From Octopus vulgaris (Eukaryota), in contig OX597826.1 of NCBI GenBank assembly GCA_951406725.2, positions 52,700,001 to 52,764,000 on the forward strand: a stretch of DNA of 64,000 bases, in the 5' to 3' direction. The position numbers and the translations under genes are program-made. Positions 12,673-25,339 of this stretch are shown here, piece after piece. Position 1 is the first letter of the stretch. Each line of letters opens with the position of its first letter. The notes under the pieces are model-generated. The model had not been told where the DNA came from. It did not search any database and was given only the letters and a program-made list of their open reading frames with translations.

Positions 12673-13224
12673 ATATATATGTATATATATTGAGGTGTGT
12701 TCTGTTAAGTTTCAAAGAAGAAGCCATGGATGTTGTAGCATGGAAATCTAAATTTACTTACGGAGACAGCAACTGAGTATCGCCTGAGAAGATACATATA
12801 GATCATCTTATTCAGGTAAATCGTTACATAATTTAATTAAAACTCAACTTTAAATCCTGTATATACGAGGATCTGTATGCATCGAAACATTTGTAGCGAT
12901 TAAAAAGCTGCCTAACCGTACTTGCTCTTCCTTTTGACTCTTACTTTTTGCTTTATATATATATATATGCTACAACATCCATGGCTTCTTCTTTGAAACT
13001 TAACAGAACACACCTCAATATATATACATATATATAGTAAAGTCAGTGACCACATCGAAGAGGCTGTTGAATGTTACTACTTGTTTAACCGCAAGCAGAT
13101 TCTTCGCTAGCTGGTTATTGGTACAACTCTGCACCCTTTATAACCAATGTATGGTTAGAAGGTGAATCGAACTCCTACCAACCCGTAGGTGGTAACAGAG
13201 TCGTGAGACTGACTCAGTTTGGAG

Positions 13225-13228
<4 letters not shown>
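12480..13228. repeat. ~260-bp inverted duplication (12480-12741 / 12967-13228) around an HHR-bearing spacer
   Basis: Arms are reverse complements with only about five mismatches by eye. Confidence 0.95.
12779..12900 (+). ncRNA. Type I hammerhead ribozyme motif (G8A core variant)
   Basis: Stem I atcgc/gcgat; core CTGAGAA; long stem II gatacatatagatc/gatctgtatgcatc; GAAAC attt GTA. Confidence 0.7.
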
Positions 13229-13291
<63 letters not shown>

Positions 13292-13417
13292 CACGAGCGT
13301 GCATGTATGCATACACACACGCACACACACACATATATGAAAAAAAAACTTAGAAATTGAGATATAAACATCATTTTATTAGAACATATTCAATTCCAAA
13401 CAAAAACAAACTCTTAA

Positions 13418-13450
<33 letters not shown>

Positions 13451-14276
13451 TGTCTGTCTGTCTGTCTGTTAGTCTGTCTGTCTGTCAGTCTGTCTGTCTG
13501 TCTGTCTGTGTTTGTGTGTGTTGTTCGATTTGAATTTGGTTTGCAAATTTCTTTATGTGAATAGATGTTGAAACAAATTTTGTCGCTGTTTTTTTGGAGA
13601 GGACTTAAGCCAAAAAATAAAACTAATAATAATAATAATTCAAGCACAGATTCAATTCCACTTTTTCATTGCAAGGTTAGATATCTAAGTAATCGATAGT
13701 TTGTTTAATTTGCTGGTTATTAATTAATATATCTATTTATTTATTTATTTATTTATTTTGCTTGTCAGTTCTTTCGTTGCACTTCACAAACTTTTCAGTG
13801 ACCGTGACTTCACAACTCGTTTCGAAGGCTTTTTATCGCCCGTCGGACAACTGGTCTGTGTCTGAGTGTATGAATGCCTGCATGTGAGTGTGTTGGTATG
13901 GCTTGTTTAGAAGAGGGGGTGTAAAGGTGGTAATATTTAGAAAAAAATGTTTTCTGTAGGTGTGTAAGTGTGCGCGCACCCACGTGTGTGGTTGGTGTGT
14001 GTATGTTAGCGTGACTGCTTGTGTGTGTGTCCGTGTATCGTGGGTGTGCGTGTGCAATTGTCATCCGTAAGCTCTTTTGTCTTTCCTTTTCGTCACGTCC
14101 GCTTATGGGTTTATGGTGTAGGGTGTGGGTGCGTGTAGGGTGTGGGTGCGTGTAGGGTGTGTGATGTATTCCTTTCCTGTGGGGAATGAAGGTGGGAGGA
14201 GAGACTACGTTAGATGTGTGTAGGTATGTCGCTGCGTACGTGTGTATGTATGTGCATATGTATGTGCGTATATATT

Positions 14277-14505
14277 TATTTACTACCCACAACGGGCTAA
14301 ACACAGAGGGGACAAACAAGGACAGACAAACAGATTAAGTCGATTATATCGACCCCAGTGCGTAATTAGTACTTAATTTATCGACCCCGAAAGGATGAAA
14401 GGCAAAGTCGACCTCGGCGGAATTTTAACTCAGAACGTAACGGCAGACGAAATACGGCTACGCATTTCGCCCGGCGTGCTAACATTTCTGCCAGCTCGCC
14501 GCCTT
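14277..14505 (-). mobile_element. SINE family A
   Basis: Near-perfect reverse complement of 30123-30355. Confidence 0.92.
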
Positions 14506-14849
14506 ATGTATGTGCGTATATGTGTGAGTGTTCTGTGTGTTCCTGCATCTCCGTGTGTGTTTGCGTGCCTGTGCGCGCGTGTTTCTGTTCCTGTACGTGT
14601 GCGCGTGTGCATGCGCGTGTGTTTGTATCTGTAAGCACATACACGCGCAGTGTGTGTGCCTGGGCATGCATGTGAGTGCGCGCGCGTAAGCTTACGTATG
14701 TCTCTATATGTGTGTTCGTGCGTACGCCAGACGTTTGAGTGTGGGTGTGTGTATAGTTATATGCTCTTCTGTCCCTGTGTGCGTGTTTATGTGTGTGTGT
14801 GTGTGCCTGCTTGCCCGTATGTACACGTGGGGGGGGGTGGATGTGAAAG

Positions 14850-15200
14850 GTAAATTGTAAAGGTAAAACCAAAATCTTCAAAACGTAGAAAAGAATTGAA
14901 AGTTATTGCCCATATGAATTGTGAAACAGAATATCTAAGTTTTTGTATCACATATCCACAATGCAATAGAATCCTTTTGGGACACACAACACCACAACTA
15001 ATTGAATTGTGTAAGAGGCATAAGCAACGAATCAAAGTAAACATATGTGCAAATGGAAACATTTGTGCAAATGGAAAGTTCAAAATTTTCACTTTACCTC
15101 AAAATATTATTACAAAAGATAAAAGAAAAATACTCAATAAGAATTCTAAAGCCGAAACTAAACTACTTCTTCTAACTGGATTTCCTTACAAAGCATGTAT
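14850..15200 (+). pseudogene. PLE GIY-YIG endonuclease remnant
   Basis: KVIAHMNCETEYLSFCITYPQCNRILLGHTT...RHKQRI...ICANGKFKIF fits the PLE C..NLIYCITC..C...YIGQT...HKQQI pattern. Confidence 0.65.
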
Positions 15201-15347
15201 TTGAAAAGATTAAGGCAGCGATAATCATTTACACAAAAAACATCCTTCTATAATGTCTGTTGAATCTTTTTAATCATCTTTATTTCGAGAACAATTTTTT
15301 CGCATAACGTGACAACTTATGTATATATAAATATATATATATATGTA

Positions 15348-15448
<101 letters not shown>

Positions 15449-15476
15449 AAAATATCTGACAATTATTCGGTAGCCA

Positions 15477-15539
15477 TGATAAAACTCTGAGTTTCGGATG
15501 TCGGGGCGGAAATCCACGCCGGCATCTCTTCAGTTATCA
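15477..15539 (-). ncRNA. Type I hammerhead ribozyme with canonical core
   Basis: Reverse complement tgataa CTGAAGA GATGCCGG...CCGACATC C GAAAC TCAGA GTT ttatca; stems I, II and III all pair; GUU cleavage triplet. Confidence 0.8.
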
Positions 15540-16142
15540 AGCCATCGAAAAAAATGTTATGAAAATGACCGTTAAACAAAGGGAAATTACTGTGTGATTG
15601 ACCGTTATGCGCGCCCGCACACCCAGTTATATGCGCCTATATGTATATACTCATCCACCCTCACTTGAAACATACACATGCTCACCCACACATTCGCCAA
15701 AAAATATATATACATACCCGCATACACGCTCGCGCGCGCACACAGGCACTCTCACACACTCATATACACACGCTCGCGCACACAAAAAAGGTTCATCCAC
15801 ACGTCTATATACGCACATGCACAAGAAAAAACAGGGCTAAAGGTGAAATACAGAATACAAAATGTGTAAAAAGAGTGTAAAAGTAAGCAATAGAATACGT
15901 CTATATACGCACATACTCGCATGCACGCACAGATACGTCTAATATACACACACACACACACACAAAATAAAGTTCATACACGCGTCTAGACTTGTGTCTG
16001 CGTGCATGCGATATGTGCGTATATAGAGGTGTTTTATTGGTTCTTTTAAAACTTTTTTCACACATATATTTACAGATAAATTCCTCTATTTACACAATAT
16101 CGAGGTCTCTTTCATTCTTTTGTTGTCTTGCCATTTCTATCA

Positions 16143-16236
<94 letters not shown>

Positions 16237-16241
16237 TTATA

Positions 16242-16788
16242 TATCTAATGTAGGATAAAACTTTTTCGAAAAAATGTTTATCAATGGCCAGCATATTAAA
16301 AAATACCTTTAAAGGTTAAATTTATAAATAACTTATAAAATTAGGGCAAAATAAAAATTCTAATGCCAAATATGCCATACAGTAATAAAAAAATTTTCGA
16401 AAAAGTTTTATCCTACATTAGATGTACATTAGAATGTGTTCACTTCCGGACTCTCTCACTCTGTGAAAGTTTCTAGTTCGAATCACACGTGTCTCGAGAT
16501 GTGCAGAAGATTTTCTATTTTGGATATATTTGGGGTACTTAGGTCTGCTCAGGACTTAGAGCTTGCTTTTTCCATTTGATGAGTAAGTATTTCATTTATG
16601 TATTACGTATTTATCGCTGAGGAGGGGAAAATTCTTATGAATTAACTCTGAAATTGGGACCAATACGGTAATAACGGAATTTTTTAGAAATTTCTATCGG
16701 CTTGTTTCGAGACGCATAAATTATAATGGTTATCGACAATTTGTCTTTTTTCGGCATATATGGCATTATAATTTTTATTTTGCCCTTA

Positions 16789-16795
<7 letters not shown>
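16242..16795. repeat. Overlapping inverted repeats between (TA)n tracts, PLE-terminus-like
   Basis: 16242-16280 vs 16385-16423, and 16335-16377 vs 16753-16793; decayed CTGAGGA...GAGAC at 16617-16713. Confidence 0.65.
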
Positions 16796-16819
<24 letters not shown>

Positions 16820-16984
16820 TCTAGCCTATCGGGCGGCTTTTAAGCTAGTATTTAGCTCTTAAGCATGTGACCCCGAATGCAAAGAGCTGCAAATAGATTT
16901 CTGTCTTGTTTTGGAGAATTTGTTGCAATTGCTTCCTCCAGAGTCATATCCCAATGATAATCATATTCGTCGCAAAAATTTATG

Positions 16985-17260
16985 TAAAAAAATCGCCGAA
17001 AACAATCGCAGTAATGAAAATATAGTAATCCTAAACTTCGGGACTGCAGGTGCAGATTCGGCCCAGAATATTTTTACTTTACTCACAGAGTTGACCGTTA
17101 GATTATAAAAATTGTTATCGTACAAAAAAAAAAATTTTCGTAAAAAGTCACATAAAAAAAATCGCCGAAAACAATCACAGTAATGAAAACTTGGGAATCC
17201 AAAATTTCAGGATTGTGGGTTTGGATTCAGACCGAAATACTTTTAATTTACTCACGGAGC
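16985..17260 (+). repeat. Two ~105-bp direct repeats, probably inside a non-autonomous Helitron-like element
   Basis: aaaaaatcgccgaaaacaatc.cagtaatgaaaa...tttactcac.gag at 16985 and 17155. Confidence 0.7.
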
Positions 17261-17373
17261 CACTCTGATTACAAAATGGTATGATATGTTGGCTTACGGC
17301 CTATAGGAGTAAATTTGAAAAAGTGTGACACACTGTCATTCACATTTATTATATTATATTATTGTATTATATT

Positions 17374-17985
17374 AAGGTGGCGAGCTGGCAGAAACGCTAG
17401 CACGCCGGGTGAAATGCTTAACAGTATTTCATCTGTCTTTACGTTCAGAGTTCAAATTCCACTGAGGTGGACATTGCTTTTCATCCATTCGGGGTCGATA
17501 AATTAAGTACCAGTTGCATACTGGGGTTGATCTAATCGACAGGTTCCCTCCCCCAAAACGTCGTGCCTAGAGTAGAAAAGAACGTTATATTGAGGTGGCG
17601 AGCTGGCATAATCGTTAGCACGCCGGGCGAAATGCTTAGCGGTATTTCGTCTGCCGTTTCGATCTGAGTTCAAATTCCGCCGAGGTCGACTTTGCCTTTC
17701 ATAATTTCGGAGTCGATTAAATAAGTATCAGTAACGCACTGGGGTCGATGTAATCGACTTAATACGTTTGTCTGTCCTTGTTTGTCCCTCTGTGTTTAGC
17801 CCATTGTGGGTAGTAAAGAAATAGGTATTTCGTCTGCCGTTAGGTTTTGAATTCGAATTCTGCCAAGGTCGACTTTGCCTTTTATCCTTTCGAGGTCGAT
17901 AAAATTAGTACCAGTGCTGGGGTCGATGTAATCGACTGAATCCCTTCCAACAAAATTTGAGGCCTTCCAGTTGAAAGGATTTATT
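17374..17985 (+). mobile_element. Tandem SINE family A: monomer 17374-17583 plus dimer 17592-17985
   Basis: Two aggtggcgagctggca heads and three gagttc/gaattc...gtcgactttgcc-type cores. Confidence 0.9.
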
Positions 17986-18078
17986 AAAGTTGAGAAAGTG
18001 TGACAAGCTGGCATTCATATGTATTATATTAGATGTGTTTGATTTTGGGGAAACTTTATTTCAATTAAAGTGTATTTC

Positions 18079-18122
<44 letters not shown>

Positions 18123-18273
18123 TATTAAAGGAAGAAAAAATAAACAAAAATTATAAAAGCAAGCGGCTAAATGTGTGTGAAAGAATTGAGTGTTCAGTAT
18201 GTTGGCCACATGAATTTCTGTTAAAGAGATATGGTTAAACAAAGTTATACCTCATCTCCCTCTTTTTCTTACA

Positions 18274-18327
<54 letters not shown>

Positions 18328-18460
18328 TCGCCACAACCCTCACGGTCCCTATGCTTACTATTACTCCCACCCCAGCATGAGGAATGGTAAGAGTATCATT
18401 GAACAGTGAAGTGGGGGGTTAAAGTGTGACACACTGACATACAAATTAGTTTTCGCCTTT

Positions 18461-18505
<45 letters not shown>

Positions 18506-18825
18506 AAGTCAAGGAGGGAGAGAAGTCAGACTCGTTTATAGTCCTCCTAGTATTGCCAATGTATATTCAAATTGGGAATACAATCAAATATATTCATATA
18601 TATTTATTTTTAAAATTCCATGGTTGGGCGAGCACAATATATGTACAGGAAATGACATCAGATAAAATAAATTAAATTAAAATCATGAGCAGGTGAGACG
18701 TTTAAAAGATTTACAATAGTCTTCGCATGATGTAAAATTAAATAGAGTAATGTGATTTAAAACTGTCCTCGAATGAAATAAAAATAAAGCATTTTACGAA
18801 TGAAATAAATATATAATGAAGTGAG

Positions 18826-18908
18826 ATATCTTATGGTTGTTTCAGAGAAAACGCAAAGCAAAACTAATTCTTTCGACTTTCGTGGCCGTATTTCTTTCAT
18901 CAGAGATA
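18826..18908 (-). ncRNA. Decayed type I hammerhead motif in a PLE-terminus-like segment
   Basis: Reverse complement tatct CTGATGA aagaaatacg...cgttttctct GAAAC aacc ATA agata; stem I perfect, stem III mutated. Confidence 0.6.
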
Positions 18909-18984
18909 GGAATTTTAGAGTTTAAGTTTTTTTAAAATGAGTTTTATAGATGGATGGACGGATGGATGAATGGATCGATCGATC

Positions 18985-19041
18985 GACAGATAGATAGATT
19001 GATAGATAGATAGACACAGACAGACAGACAGACAGACAGAC

Positions 19042-19100
<59 letters not shown>

Positions 19101-19190
19101 CAGATAGAGAGAGAGAGAAAGGGAGAGAGAGAGGGGGATAGATAGATAGACAGATAGAGAGAGAGAGAGAGAAAGTGAGAGAGAGAGGGG

Positions 19191-19240
<50 letters not shown>
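18985..19240. repeat. (GATA)n/(GACA)n/(GA)n compound microsatellite
   Basis: Direct reading. Confidence 0.95.
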
Positions 19241-19241
<1 letters not shown>

Positions 19242-19249
19242 CTCCAAGA

Positions 19250-19520
19250 TCAGTTCATGAACTTGGTTGGTCTTCAAGCGACAGATGCCCATCCCTAAAG
19301 TATGGAAACTACTAGTAAACCTGTATTTTGTTCGTGGCAGCGGCCTTGTAAACTGTCTGAAGCATGACAACTGTTTCGGTTGGCATTTTTCCCAGCAGAA
19401 AACAGAATTTCACGGAGGCACGCTCTTCCTTCTTTTCAGTCATCGCAAAAATCGACGTACAGGGGAGAAGCACTACAACACAAAGACGCATCACGTGGCA
19501 GTACACTATCACCTGACGAC
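19250..19520 (-). pseudogene. mariner transposase N-terminal fragment
   Basis: [32 protein letters not shown]...QVY..F..F.DG..SLEDQP HTH region. Confidence 0.85.
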
Positions 19521-19637
19521 GCCGGTCGGCAGACTGCTGCCAGAGGGTTGCATCGAGTGGCTTCTAACGGTGGAATTCTGAAGTACAACGGGTTTGTCCC
19601 GCAGAGAATGTTTCCATTACTTTTGTACATACATATA

Positions 19638-20037
19638 CTCTTTTACTCTTTTACTTGTTTCAGTCATTTGACTGCGGCCATGCTGGAGCACCGCCTTTAG
19701 TCGAGGAAATCGATCCCATGACTTATTCTTTGTAAGCCTAGTACTTATTCGATCGGTCTCTTTTGCTGAACCGCTAAGTTACGAGGACGTAAACACACCA
19801 GCATCGGTCGTCAAGCGATGTTGGGGGGACAAACACAGACACACAAACACACACACATATACATACATATATACGACGGGCTACTTTCAGTTTCCGTCTA
19901 TCAAATCCACTCACAAGGCTTTGGTCGGCCCGAGGCTATAGTAGAAGACACTTGCCCAAGGTGCCACGCAGTGGGACTGAACCCGGAACCACGTGGTTGG
20001 TAAGCAAGCTACTTACCACACAGCCACTCCTGCGCCT
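19638..20037 (-). mobile_element. SINE family B, full length
   Basis: Head aggcgcaggagtggctgtgtggtaag, tail (gagtaaaa)n. Confidence 0.92.
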
Positions 20038-20229
20038 ATATATACATAAATATATACATACATGTTTATATAAATATATATATACATACATATATACATG
20101 CATAGAGAGAGGACTTGATGAAAATTTATTTAACATCCTGAAATAGTGCTTTTTCTTCTCATTTGTAAGTTAGTGTTCATCTAAAGCGTTCAAAATTGGA
20201 ATGAGATAAAATCCTCATCAAAAATATAG

Positions 20230-21320
20230 CAAGAGCACTGTTTTGAGACTACGGAATCTATAGTTGTTGTTCGATATTTGTCGCCTCTACTACATTGTTA
20301 GTTTACATGAATTATTTTTATATTTACGACAGGAAACGCTTACCCTTTCGAAAAATATACCTATATCAGATCGTGAGTAAATACTGGTTCATACAGTTAT
20401 ATTACAAGTTTATTGAATGTTTATACTAGCATCTTCTTTATTGTTATTGAAAATGCTAAACGTGTTGAACAGTGATCAGTCCTTAAAACGAAAGGAAAAT
20501 TGGCATGATCTGTTCAGGTTTTGATCTGTGGAATTAAAATGTATGATCCTTATCGTGCATTATTAATCAGCTCTGCTGCTATGCAGGTGTCATATATTAG
20601 CAATCTTCGTTCTTGTATCACGGCCTAATCTGTGTTGAAGCGTTCCAGTTCATACAATGATATACGATGATAACTATTGCTGCATGCTATAAACATGCAT
20701 AATCTTACATGTTAGATACCGTCACTGCCGTCAAACGCGTTTTTATGTCAGCCTTCTTTAATTGCAACACTACTTTGATGTTAAACTCCTTCTCCAGCAT
20801 TCCATTAAATATGAATGAGTCTCCGTTTCTTAGAATACTGTCTCTTATAATCTTTCAATGTTTCATTGGTAAACAGACTTATTCCCTCGAGAAACTTCGA
20901 CTCTGAACTGTGACTTCAAATGACACTATATTCGGAAATACCGCACAGTACTACGAGATTTCTGTTTCTAAGCAGAAGCAAAAATGCCAGATCTTTTGCT
21001 GATCGTTCCTTGCGCACCTATTTTCGACATGTCTGTATCATATGAACAAAAGCTGGAAGACAGGTTCATTTATTGCCGCTATAGTACCGTCTGTAAGAAC
21101 CAGTAATAATGAAAAGTGAGACATATCGTTGTATCTTAGGCATCCTTCAGCAACACTCTCAGTATGCGCTGTAATCATAGATACAACACAATACATAATG
21201 CATTGCTCTAACATAGTCGTAAAGGAAGTTCAAAGTGAATGATTTACATGAGATACTAGGAACATTCACATGAAAATAATGTCATTACGTGGTACCGGTG
21301 GTGATCACTCGTAAGGTAGC
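20230..21320 (-). pseudogene. Helitron PIF1 helicase fossil
   Basis: ILIPQIK...NFPFVLR...RLAFSITIKK...TFNKLVI*LYEPVFTHDLI*VYFSK matches RLAFAMTINKAQGQT...VFTHGQLYVA.SR; upstream part much weaker. Confidence 0.7.
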
Positions 21321-21442
21321 AATCACAAATACTTTGGTTGCTTATCAACTTCAGAGATTACTCGTACCTGCACCTCAATTATCTCAAAATATTTGAGGTA
21401 TACCTGTTCCTGAATATTTGTGTTCAATTTCAACAAGTAAAT

Positions 21443-21557
21443 TAAGATAACATAAAAGTTTCCAATTTTCAATCTCATAATACATACATAGACATACATA
21501 TATACATACATATATATATATATTTAAATATATATATATATATATATATATATTTAA

Positions 21558-21591
<34 letters not shown>

Positions 21592-21650
21592 ATATGTATG
21601 TCTATGTATGTATTATGAGATTGAAAATTGGAAACTTTTATGTTATCTTA
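21443..21650. repeat. Near-perfect 208-bp palindrome centred on (TA)n
   Basis: taagataacataaaagtttccaattttcaatctcataatacatac mirrored exactly by gtatgtattatgagattgaaaattggaaacttttatgttatctta. Confidence 0.95.
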
Positions 21651-21651
21651 G

Positions 21652-21697
<46 letters not shown>

Positions 21698-21845
21698 TAG
21701 AATATAAGGATAAAATCACGTTGATAATTTGTATCATGTAGACAGCATGCAATAAACATTTATATATAATTTATATATTAAATTAATAATTATATGTCTA
21801 TATATATATATAAGTGTGTGTTCATAAATTTAAAGTAAACAGAAA

Positions 21846-21918
<73 letters not shown>

Positions 21919-21934
21919 TACATATATACATACC

Positions 21935-22070
21935 CTTTGTTCACCTAATCCACTCACAAGGCTTCAATCGCTCAGAAGCTGTAATAGAAAGCACTTTCCC
22001 AAGACACCACGCTGGGGGACTGAACCCCTGAACTAAATGGTTGGGAAGCAAGCTCCTTACCATATAGCCA
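21935..22070 (-). mobile_element. SINE family B 5' part, decayed
   Basis: atccactcacaaggc...gggactgaaccc...agcaagctccttaccatatagcca. Confidence 0.75.
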
Positions 22071-22077
22071 TATATAT

Positions 22078-22122
<45 letters not shown>

Positions 22123-22926
22123 TATTATACGCATGTGTTTATGTGTTTATATATATATGCATAGATACATATTTTGGATATACATGTTCTGAAGTCAAGT
22201 TCCCATGGCAATTAGTATTATAACGTAAAATATATCATTGGTAAACCTTATTTACTTTAGTGATTTAGGCATACTAACTGGACTTCATGTTTGATTCATA
22301 TTACCCACCACTAGTCTGATGAAAAATGATGTCAGTCATATTTCATTGAACGTATATTGACTATAGCTTTATTACTTCGTCATAGAAGATTACGAGGCGA
22401 GTGCGTATTATATGTTTGACATCGCCTTCAAACTCCTACAGGAAGCCATGTAGGACTTTCTGAGCAAATGCATAATAATTTTGTTTGCAAATCATTATAG
22501 ATCTATGAAACATATGAGTGATGATTTTAGAACAGAGAAAGATACTGAATATAATGTCTAGTGAATGAGTGTCTAAATATAGAACGTTTTAATTGCGTCG
22601 AATGATATTTCAAAGACAATTTCATAATTCAGGAAATCACGTATGAGTAGTGAAACTTTAATTTTGCTTGCTGTGTCCGTTATGATTTCAACAATCAGAA
22701 GTCAGTCAACACATTAAATTACAAAAGCTATCCTTTTCAGCAAATCCTCACTATCTAGAAGTATTGATGATATGGCTGAAAAATATGTTGATCAATTACA
22801 AATAGAGCGGTTAACCTGCAAATTGGGGAATTCATGAAGTTTACAAAGTACTAAAAGCGTTTGGTTTCTTTTTGGGTGGTGATCTATTCCATGGGGCAAT
22901 TCTTATTACCAGAAATCACAAGTCAT

Positions 22927-23050
22927 TTATCAAAATAGAAAACTCTTTTTAAGGATTTCATATTAATTTCTAGAAAAATAATAATAATCGTTATCAAAAG
23001 AGAAAACTATTTTTAAGGATTTCATATTATTTTCAGGAAAAATGATAATC
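22927..23050 (+). repeat. ~63-bp tandem duplication
   Basis: ttatcaaaa.agaaaact.tttttaaggatttcatatta twice. Confidence 0.85.
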
Positions 23051-23744
23051 TTCTTGTAAAGCTGATAGTGTTCGCCTTATAATAACTAAATTTTTGATAA
23101 TGATGTACTATAGTTTTCCTTGTTTTCTTTTGTATACAGTGCGTGATCTACAGCCACCATTTGGTTGCAAAAGCCTGTAGTATGTCTGAAAGACATATCT
23201 GTTGTTGTAATAGATATTACCAACCGTATTACGCCAAATACATTTCAATATCGCATTTCATAATGCAGAAGAGACTGAACGCCTGTTGATGCATACAGTG
23301 GAGTAAGAGCCTGCAAAAGATACTTTTATTCAGCTATTTCGTGTAACTTTATATAATAGTGAAATTGCTGACTTGTCAGTAACACGGAAGACAGATTATT
23401 TCTGTCAAATGTGGTATCCTTTTCATCTCAGATGTATTTTGAAAGCTTAATTTGACACATAAGCAGTTATTGAAATATCTTTCAAAAACATTATTAAGAC
23501 TTCACAGGCAAAATGTTATTCTGAGTTGATACAGGTCGTTGCCAATTACGTTTCTGTAAATGGTTTACCTTGACATTCAAATATAAGATTATAGATTTTC
23601 TATAAGCGTTAGACTTTTGAAGCATTGGTGGAATAACATATTCGTAAAAGTTCGGTCCAGCAGCTTTTAAGAGATAAGTATTACAAGTTAGGGGGTGAAC
23701 CCTTATTGGGTTACATCTAAATCATGTCAATATTATATCTAACG

Positions 23745-23938
23745 AAGACGGCAGTAGCAGAATCGTTAGCATGCCGGGCAAAATGCTTAACAGTATTTCG
23801 TCCATCTTTACGTTCTGAGTTCAAATTCCGCCGAGGTCGATTTTGCCTTTCATCTTTTCGGGGCCGATAAAAGTCAATGTAATCAACTTAACCCTTAGCC
23901 CGATATTGCTGGTCTTGTGCCTAAATTTGAAACTAATA
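23745..23938 (+). mobile_element. SINE family A
   Basis: gcagaatcgttagcatgccgggcaaaatgcttaac...gagttcaaattccgccgaggtcga. Confidence 0.88.
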
Positions 23939-25339
23939 TTACGTCAAACAAAAACCTTCCGAGGTACAGGAAGATCAAACAACTCAAGTAGATTCAAACA
24001 CTATATAAAAGTAAGTGATGAAATTGCTCGAACTCCACTGCCTGGTATTGCTACGTACTGAGTCTGACATTAACCACGTGATATACCTTTTCTTCAAAGC
24101 CCGAACGCGCTTTACTATTGTAACGGAAAGCGATTTTCATATGTCAGACAAAAAGACAACTACAGTTCAATATTAAAAAACATGTCTGTATGTATCTCAT
24201 TTAATAAAGTAATCATAAATAATATGATCCATATGAACCATTTGGATCTCATTTAATAAAGTGACCATAATAAAATATTTTCAATCTATTTTATGCTTCG
24301 AAGAAACATATTTCTGACAATAATGTCCACGCTATTAAATTGAAATTATGCTAGTTCTTAAATCTTATGTTTCTGGTGTACATATCATATTTGTAGAATT
24401 TTATTTTTAATATACAATATTTATATACAGAAATGATAAATTTTTGTAAATTACTTCAAACACCTGCTATTAATACATATTGTAAATGGTGAAATAACAT
24501 TTCTTAACTAAAAGCGCCTCACAAGTGATAATCAGAAGAATATATGGCACTGAACTCTACGCGAAAAGCTTAAATCTATTGGTGTAGAGAATATGTCTCC
24601 ATTCTATAGGCTTACCATCTGTAAAATACGGATACATTTTGAGAAACTAAAGAAGAAAAACTGAGTATGTAATATGCATATGGCGAATATGAGTAATAAT
24701 TAATATGATTAATAATTGCTCCTTGTAGATAATATGAAATTTTCGTGTTGTTCTCCAACAAATAAAATACTATCGTTAGATTGTATCATTTGAATGAACG
24801 AATATACGAGATGATGTGTCAGTTGCAGCCTACTGGCGGAAACGGAAACAGAAACGGTCTCAACTGGTAATCGAAATAGACTATGTTTTCTACTGGACGC
24901 ATAAGGACATTATTTTCTTCGACTTTCGGTAATATCGGTATTATCTACTCACCATTACACGTTTATTTGCTAATCAGTTACAAAATTGTATGACATAGGA
25001 TGAACATGTAAGAAATCTATTAGAAATTCTTTAGACAGAGAGTCAAAACATACAAAACTTACATTTGGATGAAGCGTTTATATTACCAAATGAAACATGT
25101 GTAATGGTGAATGAATAATAACAAAACAATTATCTAATCTCTTGCTTTGATATAAAATTACTCTACAAATAATATTGCCAGAATGTTCAACTCATGTGCG
25201 CACTTGACCCAAATATAACTACATACGGAACTGGAATACTGGAATAAACAGGTGTTCTTCAAGAGGACACAGTTTGGAATTTAACCCAAACTACATAATA
25301 TATATGTAGACTAAGGTTCCTCCATTCACTACACTGGCA

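Larger units (their letters stand above)
22600..24200 (+). pseudogene. hAT (Buster/SPIN/Charlie-type) transposase fossil interrupted by a SINE
   Basis: GKSRMSSETLILLAVSVMISTI...KAILFSKSSLSRSIDDMAE; CVIYSHHLVAK (CxxH region); RLLMHT; TESDINHVIYLFFKARTRFTIV (dimerisation domain). Confidence 0.8.

Noticed and set aside
22312-22352. CTGATGA followed by a weak hairpin
   Set aside because: No GAAA and no stems I or III; probably chance.
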